NCBI GenBank assembly: GCA_013416795.1
Contig: RQSC01000012.1
Span: 75,042 to 139,041, forward strand
DNA length: 64,000 bases
Direction: 5' to 3'
Source: Prasinococcaceae sp. CCMP 1430
Lineage: Eukaryota; Plantae; Prasinodermophyta
The notes beneath the pieces are model-generated. The model did not search any database. It saw only the letters and a program-made list of their open reading frames with translations, and had not been told where the DNA came from. Both the position numbers and the translations under genes were made by a program. The first letter of the stretch is position 1. Each line of letters starts with the position of its first letter. Positions 42,882-57,289 of this stretch are shown here, piece by piece.

Positions 42882-43868
42882 ATGCGCGACGCGGCCGCCC
42901 GCGCCGCCGCCGAACGAGAGGCACAGGCGGCCGCAGACAAGGCAGCCGCGGCCCGGGAGGCGGTCGCCGAGGCCGAGAGGATCGCAGCGGGGATCCCCAG
43001 GCCGACGCCGTCTGCCCGCATTGCCAAGGAGCTCGCAGCGGCTGACGAGAAGGAGGTAGCGGCCGCCGCCGCGCGGCGCGCGCGCTCCGCTGCCATCCGC
43101 GCCCACGCCGTGCAGCGAGAGCAGGCAGCGGCGGAAAAGCAGTCTCGCGCAGCGGCTTTGGCGCGCTCTCGCGCAGCGGAGCGTGACGCCGCACTCGATG
43201 CCCGGCGCCGCGCTGAAGCGGAGCATAGCATGGCACGGCGCTACGTGGCTGCCGAGCGGCGGGCGGCGCAGCTGGAGGCTGATGCCAACAGGCAGGCGCT
43301 CGCCGAGCAGCGTGAAGTCGATGAGCTGCACCGCAGGCAGGCGGCCGCGGCCGCGCGCGAGGCCGCGCGCGTCGCTGCCGCGGAGGCTGCGGACCCAACA
43401 AATGTGCGCGCTGCCGCTGCGGCAAAGCTCGCACGCGGCGCGGCGGAACGTGACGCTGCGCGCGTGGCAGAGGCCGTCGCGCGAGAGGCACGCGAGGAGC
43501 GCCGCATGCTGGCGCTTCGCGAGCGCGCAGCCGTGCGCCGTGGGCACGATCAGGAGCTGCGCGAGAGGAACGATCTCGATTTGCAAGACGCCAAGCGCCA
43601 GGCGGCGCTCAAGGCGGGGCCGGGGACCTGCGCGGGCCCGCTCGCTCGCCGCGAGGGAGAGGGCGAGGGAGAGGGCGAGGGAGAGGGACGCCGCCGCCGC
43701 GCGCGCGGTGTGTGGGGCGTGCGCGCGCGCGCGGCCCCCGCTCGAAGCACCGCGCGCGCAGCCCGTTTGACCTCCAATTTCACTCGCCCGTGGGTAAGGG
43801 TGTTCGGCGAATTTCGGCGCGCATTTGGGCAGCCCCTTCCGCAAACCATCCCAGCGCATGAGGTCTAA
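42882..43868 (+). CDS. Ala/Glu/Arg-rich coiled-coil hypothetical protein (boundaries uncertain)
   Basis: Long heptad-like A/E/R stretch with coding-like codon usage up to ~43620. Confidence 0.45.
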   Translation: MRDAAARAAAEREAQAAADKAAAAREAVAEAERIAAGIPRPTPSARIAKELAAADEKEVAAAAARRARSAAIRAHAVQREQAAAEKQSRAAALARSRAAERDAALDARRRAEAEHSMARRYVAAERRAAQLEADANRQALAEQREVDELHRRQAAAAAREAARVAAAEAADPTNVRAAAAAKLARGAAERDAARVAEAVAREAREERRMLALRERAAVRRGHDQELRERNDLDLQDAKRQAALKAGPGTCAGPLARREGEGEGEGEGEGRRRRARGVWGVRARAAPARSTARAARLTSNFTRPWVRVFGEFRRAFGQPLPQTIPAHEV

Positions 43869-44145
43869 ATAAAATTCTTTTCGCCCCTGAATAAAAAACG
43901 CTGGAAGATTCGGCGGCGCGGATCCGCGGCCGCGATCGGCCCGATCGCCCGCCCGCGCCCTTTTTCTTTTTTTTGCCTTTTATTTTGTTTATTGGCGCCG
44001 CAATTTCTTTTTTTTTTTCGGTCGGTGGGGAGGCGTGCGCGTGCGCGCGCGCGTGTCGATGCGTACTACGCGGGCGCTGCGAAGTCGAACGCGCTCGAGT
44101 GCTGTGCGTGTGCGTGTGTGTGTGCGTGTGTGTGTGCCTGCGTGC

Positions 44146-44179
<34 letters not shown>

Positions 44180-44255
44180 ATGCGTGTGCGTGTGCGTGTG
44201 TGTGCATGCGTGTGTGTGTGCGCGCGTGTGTGTGTGCCTGTGTGTGTGCGGGCGC

Positions 44256-44290
<35 letters not shown>

Positions 44291-44430
44291 CGTGTGTGTG
44301 TGTGTGTGTGTGTGCGTGTGTGGTGTGTGTGTCTGCGCGTGCGTGTGTGTGTGCGAGTGTGTGTGTGTGAGTGTGTGTGTGCGTGTGTGCATGTGCGTGT
44401 GCCACTGCGCGCGCGCGTGCAGCGGCGGCG

Positions 44431-44800
44431 ATGGCGGCGGCGGTGCGCGCGCTGCTCGAGCAGAGCCCCCCCGGCGAGCTCCTCAACGTCGCCAGTGGTG
44501 CGCGCGCCGCCGCCGCCGCTGCGCGACCGAGCGCCGTTCGAAACGCGCGCGTGTGTGTGCGCGCGCGTGCGTGTGTGCGTGTGTGTGCGCGTGTGCGTGT
44601 GCGTGTGCGTGTGCGTGCCGTTCGCGGCCGCGTGCGTCACCACGCCACCCACCCACCCTGGCGCTCGCGAGCATGCACATCCCATGCCGGCATCGACGCC
44701 GCTCTGACGTCTTCTTCACCGCCGCTCGCACACACACGCTCGCGCTTACACGCACACTCACGCACACACGTGTACACACACACACACACACACGCGCGCG

Positions 44801-44852
<52 letters not shown>

Positions 44853-44860
44853 CACATCTG

Positions 44861-44894
<34 letters not shown>

Positions 44895-45103
44895 CTCCGC
44901 TCCATCCTCGGCTCCGACGCCGCGCCCCTTCTCTCCGCGGCGGCGCCCTCCGCCTTCCGCTCGCTCGCCGAGCGCGAGGGCGCCGCGCTCGCCGTGCCGG
45001 GCGCCGAGGACGGCGAGGAGCTCGCGCTCGTCTGCGATGCGGGGAGGGTGAGAGGGCGCGACGAGGTGCGTCGCGGGCGGGCGTACCTGTGTGTGTGGTT
45101 GTG

Positions 45104-45155
<52 letters not shown>

Positions 45156-45508
45156 CGTGTGTGTGTGTGCGTGTGTGTGTGCGTGTGCGTACGTACGAGC
45201 AGCGCCGACGCGCCTGCGGCGCAGAATCGCTAACCATCGCCCTTGCGGACGCGAAGGGGGAGGAGGACGACGACGACGGCGTGTGCAGGTACCTCGACGC
45301 CGCGCACGCGCGCATCGTCACCGTCGACCACGTCAGGCAGGCGGTCACCGCGGCGGAGGCGGGTGCGTTGTGTGTGTGTGTGTGCGCGCTGGCGTCTCTG
45401 CGAGCGTGTGTGCGTGCGTGTGCGACAAGTGCGTGTACGTGTGTGAGCTGTGCGTGGAGGGACGTACACGTTGGAGGCGCTCACACACACACGCACACAC
45501 GCACACAT

Positions 45509-45564
<56 letters not shown>

Positions 45565-45565
45565 N

Positions 45566-45645
<80 letters not shown>

Positions 45646-45698
45646 CTGTCACACACACACACACACACACACGCACACACACATACACACACACATAC

Positions 45699-45739
<41 letters not shown>

Positions 45740-46547
45740 CACACACATACACACGCCCTCAGCGTGCGACGCCTCGGGCCTGTCCGGCGCTGGCCCCCTT
45801 TGCGCCGCGCGCGCGCTGGTGCAGCGCGCGCTGTCCGCGTACGCGCGCGAGGCGCACGGCGGCGCGCGCGCGCGGCGCGCCTGCGGCGTCTTCTGCGACG
45901 GCGAGGCGCTCGAGCTGCGCCTCGCGGCGGCGGGGAGCTCCGCGGACAACTTCTGGAGCGCGGGGTGGCGCTCGCGGTGGCGCGCCGAGCCCCGCGGCGA
46001 CGGCGTGCTCGCGCTGAGCGGCGGAGTGCGCGTCAGGGCGCACTACTACGAGGAGGTGGGTGCGCTCGCGCGCACCCGTGTGTGTGTGTGCGTGTGTGTG
46101 TGTGTGTGTGTGCATGTGTGTGTGCGTGTGTGTTTGTGTGTGTGTGTGTGTGTGCGTGTGTGTGTGCGCGCGTGGATATGCGTGTGCGTGTGTGACCGTG
46201 TGTGAGGTCCAGGTTGGAGGGAGCGCGCATGCTCATGCTTACGCACACGCGCACACACGAACGTATGTATACACACACACGTACGCACACACACGCGCGC
46301 ACGTACACACACACACACATGCGCGCATGCGCACGCGCGCGCCCGCGCCCGCGCAGGGCAACGTGCAGCTCAGCGCCGCGCTGGAGCCCGCGCCCGCGCG
46401 CGAGGTGGCGTACGACGCCGGCGGCGGCGCCGACGCGCTCGCGGCGGCGCTCGTTGGCGCCATACGAGACGCGGAGGGCGCCTACCACGCGTCGATCGGC
46501 AGGTCCGTGCATATGTGCGCGCGCGCGCGCGCGCGCGTGTGGTTGCG

Positions 46548-46600
<53 letters not shown>

Positions 46601-47053
46601 GTGTGTGTGTGTGTGTGTGTGTGCGTGTGTGTGTGTGTGTGTGTGTGCGTGTGCGTGTGTGTGTGTGTGTGCGTGTGTGCGTGTGTGTGTGTGTGTGTGT
46701 GCGTCCACACGCAGGCAGGCGCGTGCTGGTGCACGTGGGCACGGCGCTGATGCTCACACGCACACGGGTGTACTGACTTACACACGCGCGCGCACACGCG
46801 CTCATGAACGCCCTCCCACACACATCGACTTATACACACACACACACACACACGCACACACTCACGCACGCGCGCACGCACGCATACGCACACGCGCACG
46901 CGCAGGTCGTTCCGCGAGGTCTCCGCGGCGACCTTCAAGGACCTGCGCCGCAAGCTCCCCGTGACGGGCAGCAGCTTCGACTGGCAACGCGCGCAGCACG
47001 CCGTCGCCGTCGAGCTCGCCACCAGGGAGAGGGAGGCCGCCGCCGCACAGTAG
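44431..47053 (+). CDS. CAPZA: F-actin capping protein alpha subunit; ~6 exons
   Basis: [37 protein letters not shown]|[17 protein letters not shown]...FDW. Confidence 0.92.
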
Positions 47054-47067
47054 GACGGCCTCGACTT

Positions 47068-47137
<70 letters not shown>

Positions 47138-47430
47138 GCCGCCGGCGCTGCGTAGGCCGGCCCCATGTGCGTCCCCGCGGGCGCTGCCGACGTGTTGGGA
47201 TAATGTATATACATGAGTGTACAGTGCGCGCGCAGCCGTGCGTTTGTGCGTATGTGTGTGTGTGTGTGTGTGTGTGTTTGTGTGCGCGTGTGCATGCGTG
47301 TGTGTGTGTGTGTGTGTGCTCAGAGCGCCACTAGCACGTCGCGGCCCTTGCACGCCTCCTCAGCGGCGCGCACCGCACGCGAGTCGCCCCCTTCCCCACC
47401 CCCTACACCTCCGCACCGCCGCACGTGTGC

Positions 47431-47481
<51 letters not shown>

Positions 47482-47541
47482 CGCAAGCGTGCAAGCGAAG
47501 GGTGGTCAGCGCGTTCTCCATGTGCACGCCTACCCCAGGCG

Positions 47542-47618
<77 letters not shown>

Positions 47619-48794
47619 GCACGCCCGCCCGCCCACCCGCACCTTGATGTCCTCGGCGCCGCCGCGCGCGCATCTCTCCCAGCCGCGCGGCGTCGCGCGC
47701 CGCCGCCGCGTCGCTCNNNNNNNNNNNNNNNNNNNNNNNNNNNNNNNNNNNNNNNNNNNNNNNNNNNNNNNNNNNNNNNNNNNNNNNNNNNNNNNNNNNN
47801 NNNNNNNNNNNNNNNNNNNNNNNNNNNNNNNNNNNNNNNNNNNNNNNNNNNNNNNNNNNNNNNNNNNNNNNNNNNNNNNNNNNNNNNNNNNNNNNNNNNN
47901 NNNNNNNNNNNNNNNNNNNNNNNNNNNNNNNNNNNNNNNNNNNNNNNNNNNNNNNNNNNNNNNNNNNNNNNNNNNNNNNNNNNNNNNNNNNNNNNNNNNN
48001 NNNNNNNNNNNNNNNNNNNNNNNNNNNNNNNNNNNNNNNNNNNNNNNNNNNNNNNNNNNNNNNNNNNNNNNNNNNNNNNNNNNNNNNNNNNNNNNNNNNN
48101 NNNNNNNNNNNNNNNNNNNNNNNNNNNNNNNNNNNNNNNNNNNNNNNNNNNNNNNNNNNNNNNNNNNNNNNNNNNNNNNNNNNNNNNNNNNNNNNNNNNN
48201 NNNNNNNNNNNNNNNNNNNNNNNNNNNNNNNNNNNNNNNNNNNNNNNNNNNNNNNNNNNNNNNNNNNNNNNNNNNNNNNNNNNNNNNNNNNNNNNNNNNN
48301 NNNNNNNNNNNNNNNNNNNNNNNNNNNNNNNNNNNNNNNNNNNNNNNNNNNNNNNNNNNNNNNNNNNNNNNNNNNNNNNNNNNNNNNNNNNNNNNNNNNN
48401 NNNNNNNNNNNNNNNNNNNNNNNNNNNNNNNNNNNNNNNNNNNNNNNNNNNNNNNNNNNNNNNNNNNNNNNNNNNNNNNNNNNNNNNNNNNNNNNNNNNN
48501 NNNNNNNNNNNNNNNNNNNNNNNNNNNNNNNNNNNNNNNNNNNNNNNNNNNNNNNNNNNNNNNNNNNNNNNNNNNNNNNNNNNNNNNNNNNNNNNNNNNN
48601 NNNNNNNNNNNNNNNNNNNNNNNNTGTCGTAGAAGCGCGGGTACTCGAACGCGCACGCGTCCACGCGCACACACACGAAGGCGCGCACTCTCGCGCAGGG
48701 CGCCGGGCGTGCGCTCTGCGCGCCGCGGCGCTCGCGGCGGCGCTGGCGGCGGAGAGGACGACGTGCGCCGAGGCCGCCGCCGTCGAGGACAACA

Positions 48795-48890
<96 letters not shown>

Positions 48891-49032
48891 GCGTTCATGC
48901 GTGCGCCAATGTTCGAAGAGGTGGTCGGGGATGTGCACATGAAGCTCGCGCTGACCACCGCGCGCACAAACGCTCGCGTGCACGTGCACGCACACACACA
49001 CGAACGTACACACACGCGTACACACACACGCG

Positions 49033-49065
<33 letters not shown>

Positions 49066-49071
49066 GGTCAG

Positions 49072-49243
49072 GCGTCTTCGCCCTCCTGCGTCTTCGTGGC
49101 GGGCGCGACGGGCGCGACGGGGAGGCTCGTCGTCGCCGAGGCGCTGCGCTCCGGCGCGCGCGTGCGCGCGGGCGCGCGCGACCCGCGCGCGGTCGCGCTC
49201 GCGGGAGGTGCGTACGAGCACGCGGATGCTCGTGCGCTCGCAA

Positions 49244-49283
<40 letters not shown>

Positions 49284-49286
49284 CTG

Positions 49287-49344
<58 letters not shown>

Positions 49345-49347
49345 CTG

Positions 49348-49408
<61 letters not shown>

Positions 49409-49750
49409 CACGCACACACACAAGGGCGCACGCGCCGGCACCCGCACTGACTCTCACGTTCGCACACTGCCGCGCACACACACGCCCGCGCGCACACGCA
49501 CGCCCGCGCATGCACACGCGCTCGCGCCAGACCCCCGCGTGGAGGCCGTCCGCTGCGACGTGGTGGCCGACTCGGACGCGGCCCTCGCCGCCGCGCTGCG
49601 CGGCGCCGACTGCGTCGTGTGCGCCATCGGCACGCACGTCACCACCGGGAGCAGCGGCGCGGGGGGGAGGGGGAGGTGAGTGGGGCGTGCACGCGCTCGC
49701 ACATGCGCGCACATGTGACTCACACACACACACACACATGCACACGAACA

Positions 49751-49793
<43 letters not shown>

Positions 49794-50143
49794 GCACGCA
49801 CACGCACAAAAATACATACATCTGACGTACACACACACACACACACGCACATGCACGTCCGTGCGCCTACACGCCCCCCCGCGCGCGCAGCTCGAGCGGT
49901 GGCACCGCGCACGCGGTGGACAACCTGGGCGTCCGCCGGCTGGTCGACGCCGCGCTGGCGGCGGGCGGCGTGAAGCGCTTCGTGCTCGTGTCGGCGCTGC
50001 TCGCCAACGCGCCAGCGTGCGGGCAGGCGGGCAACGGCGCCTACGTGGCGCTCGAGCTGCTGGGGGGGGTGCTCAGGTGGGCGCGCGTGCGACGCGCGCC
50101 TCTCTGCGAGATTGCGCGCGTGCGCACGTGACACACACACTCA

Positions 50144-50200
<57 letters not shown>

Positions 50201-50297
50201 ACGAACACACACACACACACGCGTGCGTGCACAAGCACACGCGTACGCACGCTGGCGGTCGTCTATCACATCCGCTAGCATCGCCTGACACACGCGG

Positions 50298-50335
<38 letters not shown>

Positions 50336-50445
50336 GCACACACACACACTGTGTGTGTGTGTGCCGTGCGTGCACAAGCACACGCGTACGCACGCTGGCG
50401 GTCGTCTATCACATCCGCTAGCATCGCCTGACACACGCGGGCGCA

Positions 50446-50480
<35 letters not shown>

Positions 50481-50863
50481 CGTGTGTGTGTGTGTGTGAC
50501 ACACGCGCACACACACACACGCGGGCCCCCAGCGAGAAGCACGAGGGCGAGCTGTACCTCCGCGCCTCGGGGCTGCCGTACACCGTGCTGCGGCCGGGCG
50601 CTCTCGCCGGCGAGGGCGGCCCCATCGGCGAGGCCGCCGTCGACGAGCTCGGCCTCGGCGTGGTGCTCTCGGGGGAGGACACGCTCTTCGACCTCAGGGC
50701 GCGCAACGCCGTGTCTCGCGCGGACGTGGCCGCGCTGGCGGTGGGCGCGCTCTCCGAGCCGCGAGCGGAGGGGCGCGTGGTGGAGGTGGCCGGCGCGCCG
50801 GGCGCGCCGCCGCTGGCGGACATCGCCGACCCCTGGCTGGCCGTCGCGGGGGTGGCCGCGTGA
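49072..50863 (+). CDS. Atypical SDR / NAD(P)-binding protein (Tic62/At2g34460-like); 5' exon unclear
   Basis: VFVAGATGATGR, VVCAIG, VDNLG...LVDA....GVKRFVLVS, K..GE.YLRASGLPYTVLRPG, SRADVA. Confidence 0.9.
50225..50447 (+). repeat. ~80-bp direct duplication within an intron
   Basis: gcgtgcacaagcacacgcgtacgcacgctggcggtcgtctatcacatccgctagcatcgcctgacacacgcgggcgcaca at ~50225 and ~50368. Confidence 0.9.
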
Positions 50864-50889
50864 GCGGGGCCTGCGCGCACACACACACC

Positions 50890-50949
<60 letters not shown>

Positions 50950-51096
50950 CCTGCACGCGTGCACACAGACGCACACGCACACACACGACACACGCGCACA
51001 CGCGTGCGAGAATAAAACACAAACACACACACAGGCACACACGCGCGCGCGCGCGCGCGCGCGCGCGCGCGCACGGATGTATACGCACGCGCACGC

Positions 51097-54339
<3,243 letters not shown>

Positions 54340-54629
54340 TCACGCGCGCACACGCACGCACTCGCGTACACACACTCCCTCCGGACGCACACACACACAC
54401 ACACACGCACACACACACACGCACACGCACACGCACACACACACACGCACACGCACACGCACACGCACACGCGCGCGCGCGCCCTGTGGCCGCGCGCGTT
54501 CGTAACGGGGGGTCGCGCGCCCGAGGGTTTGCGGACCGTTTCCACAAACCCTACAATTATTATTCGAGTGGCTGCGCGCTCAGACCCCTAACTTCGCGCA
54601 GAACATGACCGTCGCTCGAAAGCGAGATG

Positions 54630-55060
54630 GCGCCCGTGGGTCGTGTATACGTGCGTACGAGACGGTTATGTGCACGCGCCCGTGGGTCGTGCATACGTGC
54701 GTACGAGATGGTCATGTGCACGCGCGTGTGATGTGATGCGCCCATCGCCATCGCCCGGGCAGCCAGTCAGGGGTCGCATGTGGCGGGTCGCATGTGGCGC
54801 GGCGGATGGGTGCGTGTGTGCCTGTGCGCGTGTGTAGGTGTGTGGGGGTGTGACGCACGCATATTGCGTGTGTGTAGGTAGGTGTGCGTCTGTGTCTGTG
54901 TTGGTGTGTGTCTGTGTCTGTGTGGGTGTGGGTCTGTGTCTGTGTGGGTGTGTAGGCGTGTGGGGGTGTGACGCACGCACATCGAGTGTGTGTAGTGTGT
55001 AGGCGAGGGTCTGTGTCTGTGTGGGTGTGGGTGTCTTTGTGGGTGTGGGTGTGGCGGTGG
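54630..55060. repeat. Intergenic minisatellites (46-bp x2; TG-rich degenerate units)
   Basis: cgcccgtgggtcgtg.atacgtgcgtacgaga.ggt.atgtgcacg twice; gtgtagg.gtgtgggggtgtgacgcacgca twice. Confidence 0.75.
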
Positions 55061-56834
55061 GTGTGCCTGTGATCGCACGCAGCACACCATCCCGTGCCGA
55101 CCGTTTGTTCGTGACTGTCGCACCCCTTCCAGCAGCACACGCGCGCGCGCACGCGCGCCGGCACGCGCGCGCGCGCGGCGGTGATTTGATGGCGCGATCC
55201 GCGCGCGGCGCCGCGCGCGACGACGCGACGACGACGCGAGCGCGCGGTATCCGCACGCGCAATAAACGCACAGGAAAAATCAGTTTACGGCATAGAATTT
55301 ACAATTGAGTTTGCAAAATTCAGTTTATGGGCTTTCCGTTCCAGAAATTTCCGTTTTAGGGGCTTTTCGGGCCTAATCCGGGGCTTTTTGGGCCTAATCC
55401 GACGACCCTGGTGTGAGAAAATAAAACCCAGCACAAATAACGGTGATTAAATAGCACGTTTCGGAATGACATGTGCATGCATGTGACGTAACATTACGGT
55501 AAAGAGAACCGATCCAAATGCAAATCCGTCGCATTTTGAATCTGGCACACAGCACATGGAACCCCCCGAGAAGTGCGGAACCCGCCGGACTCCGCCCTTT
55601 AACCCGCCCGCGACGCGGCCCCGCCCGCCGCGCGCGCGAACCCGCGCTCGCCGCGACGCGCTTTCATTCGATTTGACTAGGCCAAAGAAGTCGCCCGTGG
55701 GTACTTTTTACAACGTGATTTGACGACGTTTCGGCGCGCGCCCGTCAAGCCTCGGGTCAAAACGCATTCGAATTTCGAAATGGAATCCATTTGGTAATGC
55801 GGTTGGATTGTGCGGAATCCGCGGTGGAATCCGCGGCGTCTGTGGGCTTCGCGCGGCGCGAGCCCGCGCGCATCGAACGCGGCCTCGGCCTAAATGGCAG
55901 CGTGTGCGGCGCGGAAGGCGGTACGGAGGGTGCCGACGAGGGGGATGCGGGGACCAGCGGGAACGGCGTGGTCTCGACCCCGCCCGCCGAAGTGCGCGTT
56001 CTGTGCGCTCGGGCGGTACGGGACTCGCGCGGCACGCCCGCCGGGACGCTNNNNNNNNNNNNNNNNNNNNNNNNNNNNNNNNNNNNNNNNNNNNNNNNNN
56101 NNNNNNNNNNNNNNNNNNNNNNNNNNNNNNNNNNNNNNNNNNNNNNNNNNNNNNNNNNNNNNNNNNNNNNNNNNNNNNNNNNNNNNNNNNNNNNNNNNNN
56201 NNNNNNNNNNNNNNNNNNNNNNNNNNNNNNNNNNNNNNNNNNNNNNNNNNNNNNNNNNNNNNNNNNNNNNNNNNNNNNNNNNNNNNNNNNNNNNNNNNNN
56301 NNNNNNNNNNNNNNNNNNNNNNNNNNNNNNNNNNNNNNNNNNNNNNNNNNNNNNNNNNNNNNNNNNNNNNNNNNNNNNNNNNNNNNNNNNNNNNNNNNNN
56401 NNNNNNNNNNNNNNNNNNNNNNNNNNNNNNNNNNNNNNNNNNNNNNNNNNNNNNNNNNNNNNNNNNNNNNNNNNNNNNNNNNNNNNNNNNNNNNNNNNNN
56501 NNNNNNNNNNNNNNNNNNNNNNNNNNNNNNNNNNNNNNNNNNNNNNNNNNNNNNNNNNNNNNNNNNNNNNNNNNNNNNNNNNNNNNNNNNNNNNNNNNNN
56601 NNNNNNNNNNNNNNNNNNNNNNNNNNNNNNNNNNNNNNNNNNNNNNNNNNNNNNNNNNNNNNNNNNNNNNNNNNNNNNNNNNNNNNNNNNNNNNNNNNNN
56701 NNNNNNNNNNNNNNNNNNNNNNNNNNNNNNNNNNNNNNNNNNNNNNNNNNNNNNNNNNNNNNNNNNNNNNNNNNNNNNNNNNNNNNNNNNNNNNNNNNNN
56801 NNNNNNNNNNNNNNNNNNNNNNNNNNNNNNNNNN

Positions 56835-57235
56835 CAGCGCCGCGGGCAGGAGCCGCAGCCGCACTCGCCGCCCAAGCCCGACACGACCACGCGCTCGCGC
56901 TCGGGCACCGACTCGGGCGCGCGCGCGAGCGGCGGCAAGCGCTCGCGCGTGCCCAGCGGCACGGCGGCCGACGCGTCACTGCACAACAAGTCGGCGCGCG
57001 AGCTGCGGCAGATCATCGCCGACCTGCAGATGGCCGTCACCGCCGAGCGCGAGCGCTCGGACACGTACCTCAACCTGCTGTACGAGGTGACCAGCGGCAC
57101 GGGCATCGAGCTGTGGTCGGACGTGGCGCAGCACGGGCACGACGACGACGACGACGAGGGCGCGCCCGTGCCGCAGCAGCAGCAGCAGGAGCCCGTGCCT
57201 CAGGGGATGGCCGTCGTCGTGCCGTCGGCCGCCGC

Positions 57236-57289
<54 letters not shown>

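Noticed and set aside
47360-49061. ORFs spanning N gaps (also 22426-23326, 55708-57301)
   Set aside because: Their length is created by runs of X; the flanks at 47640-48790 are too short to assign.
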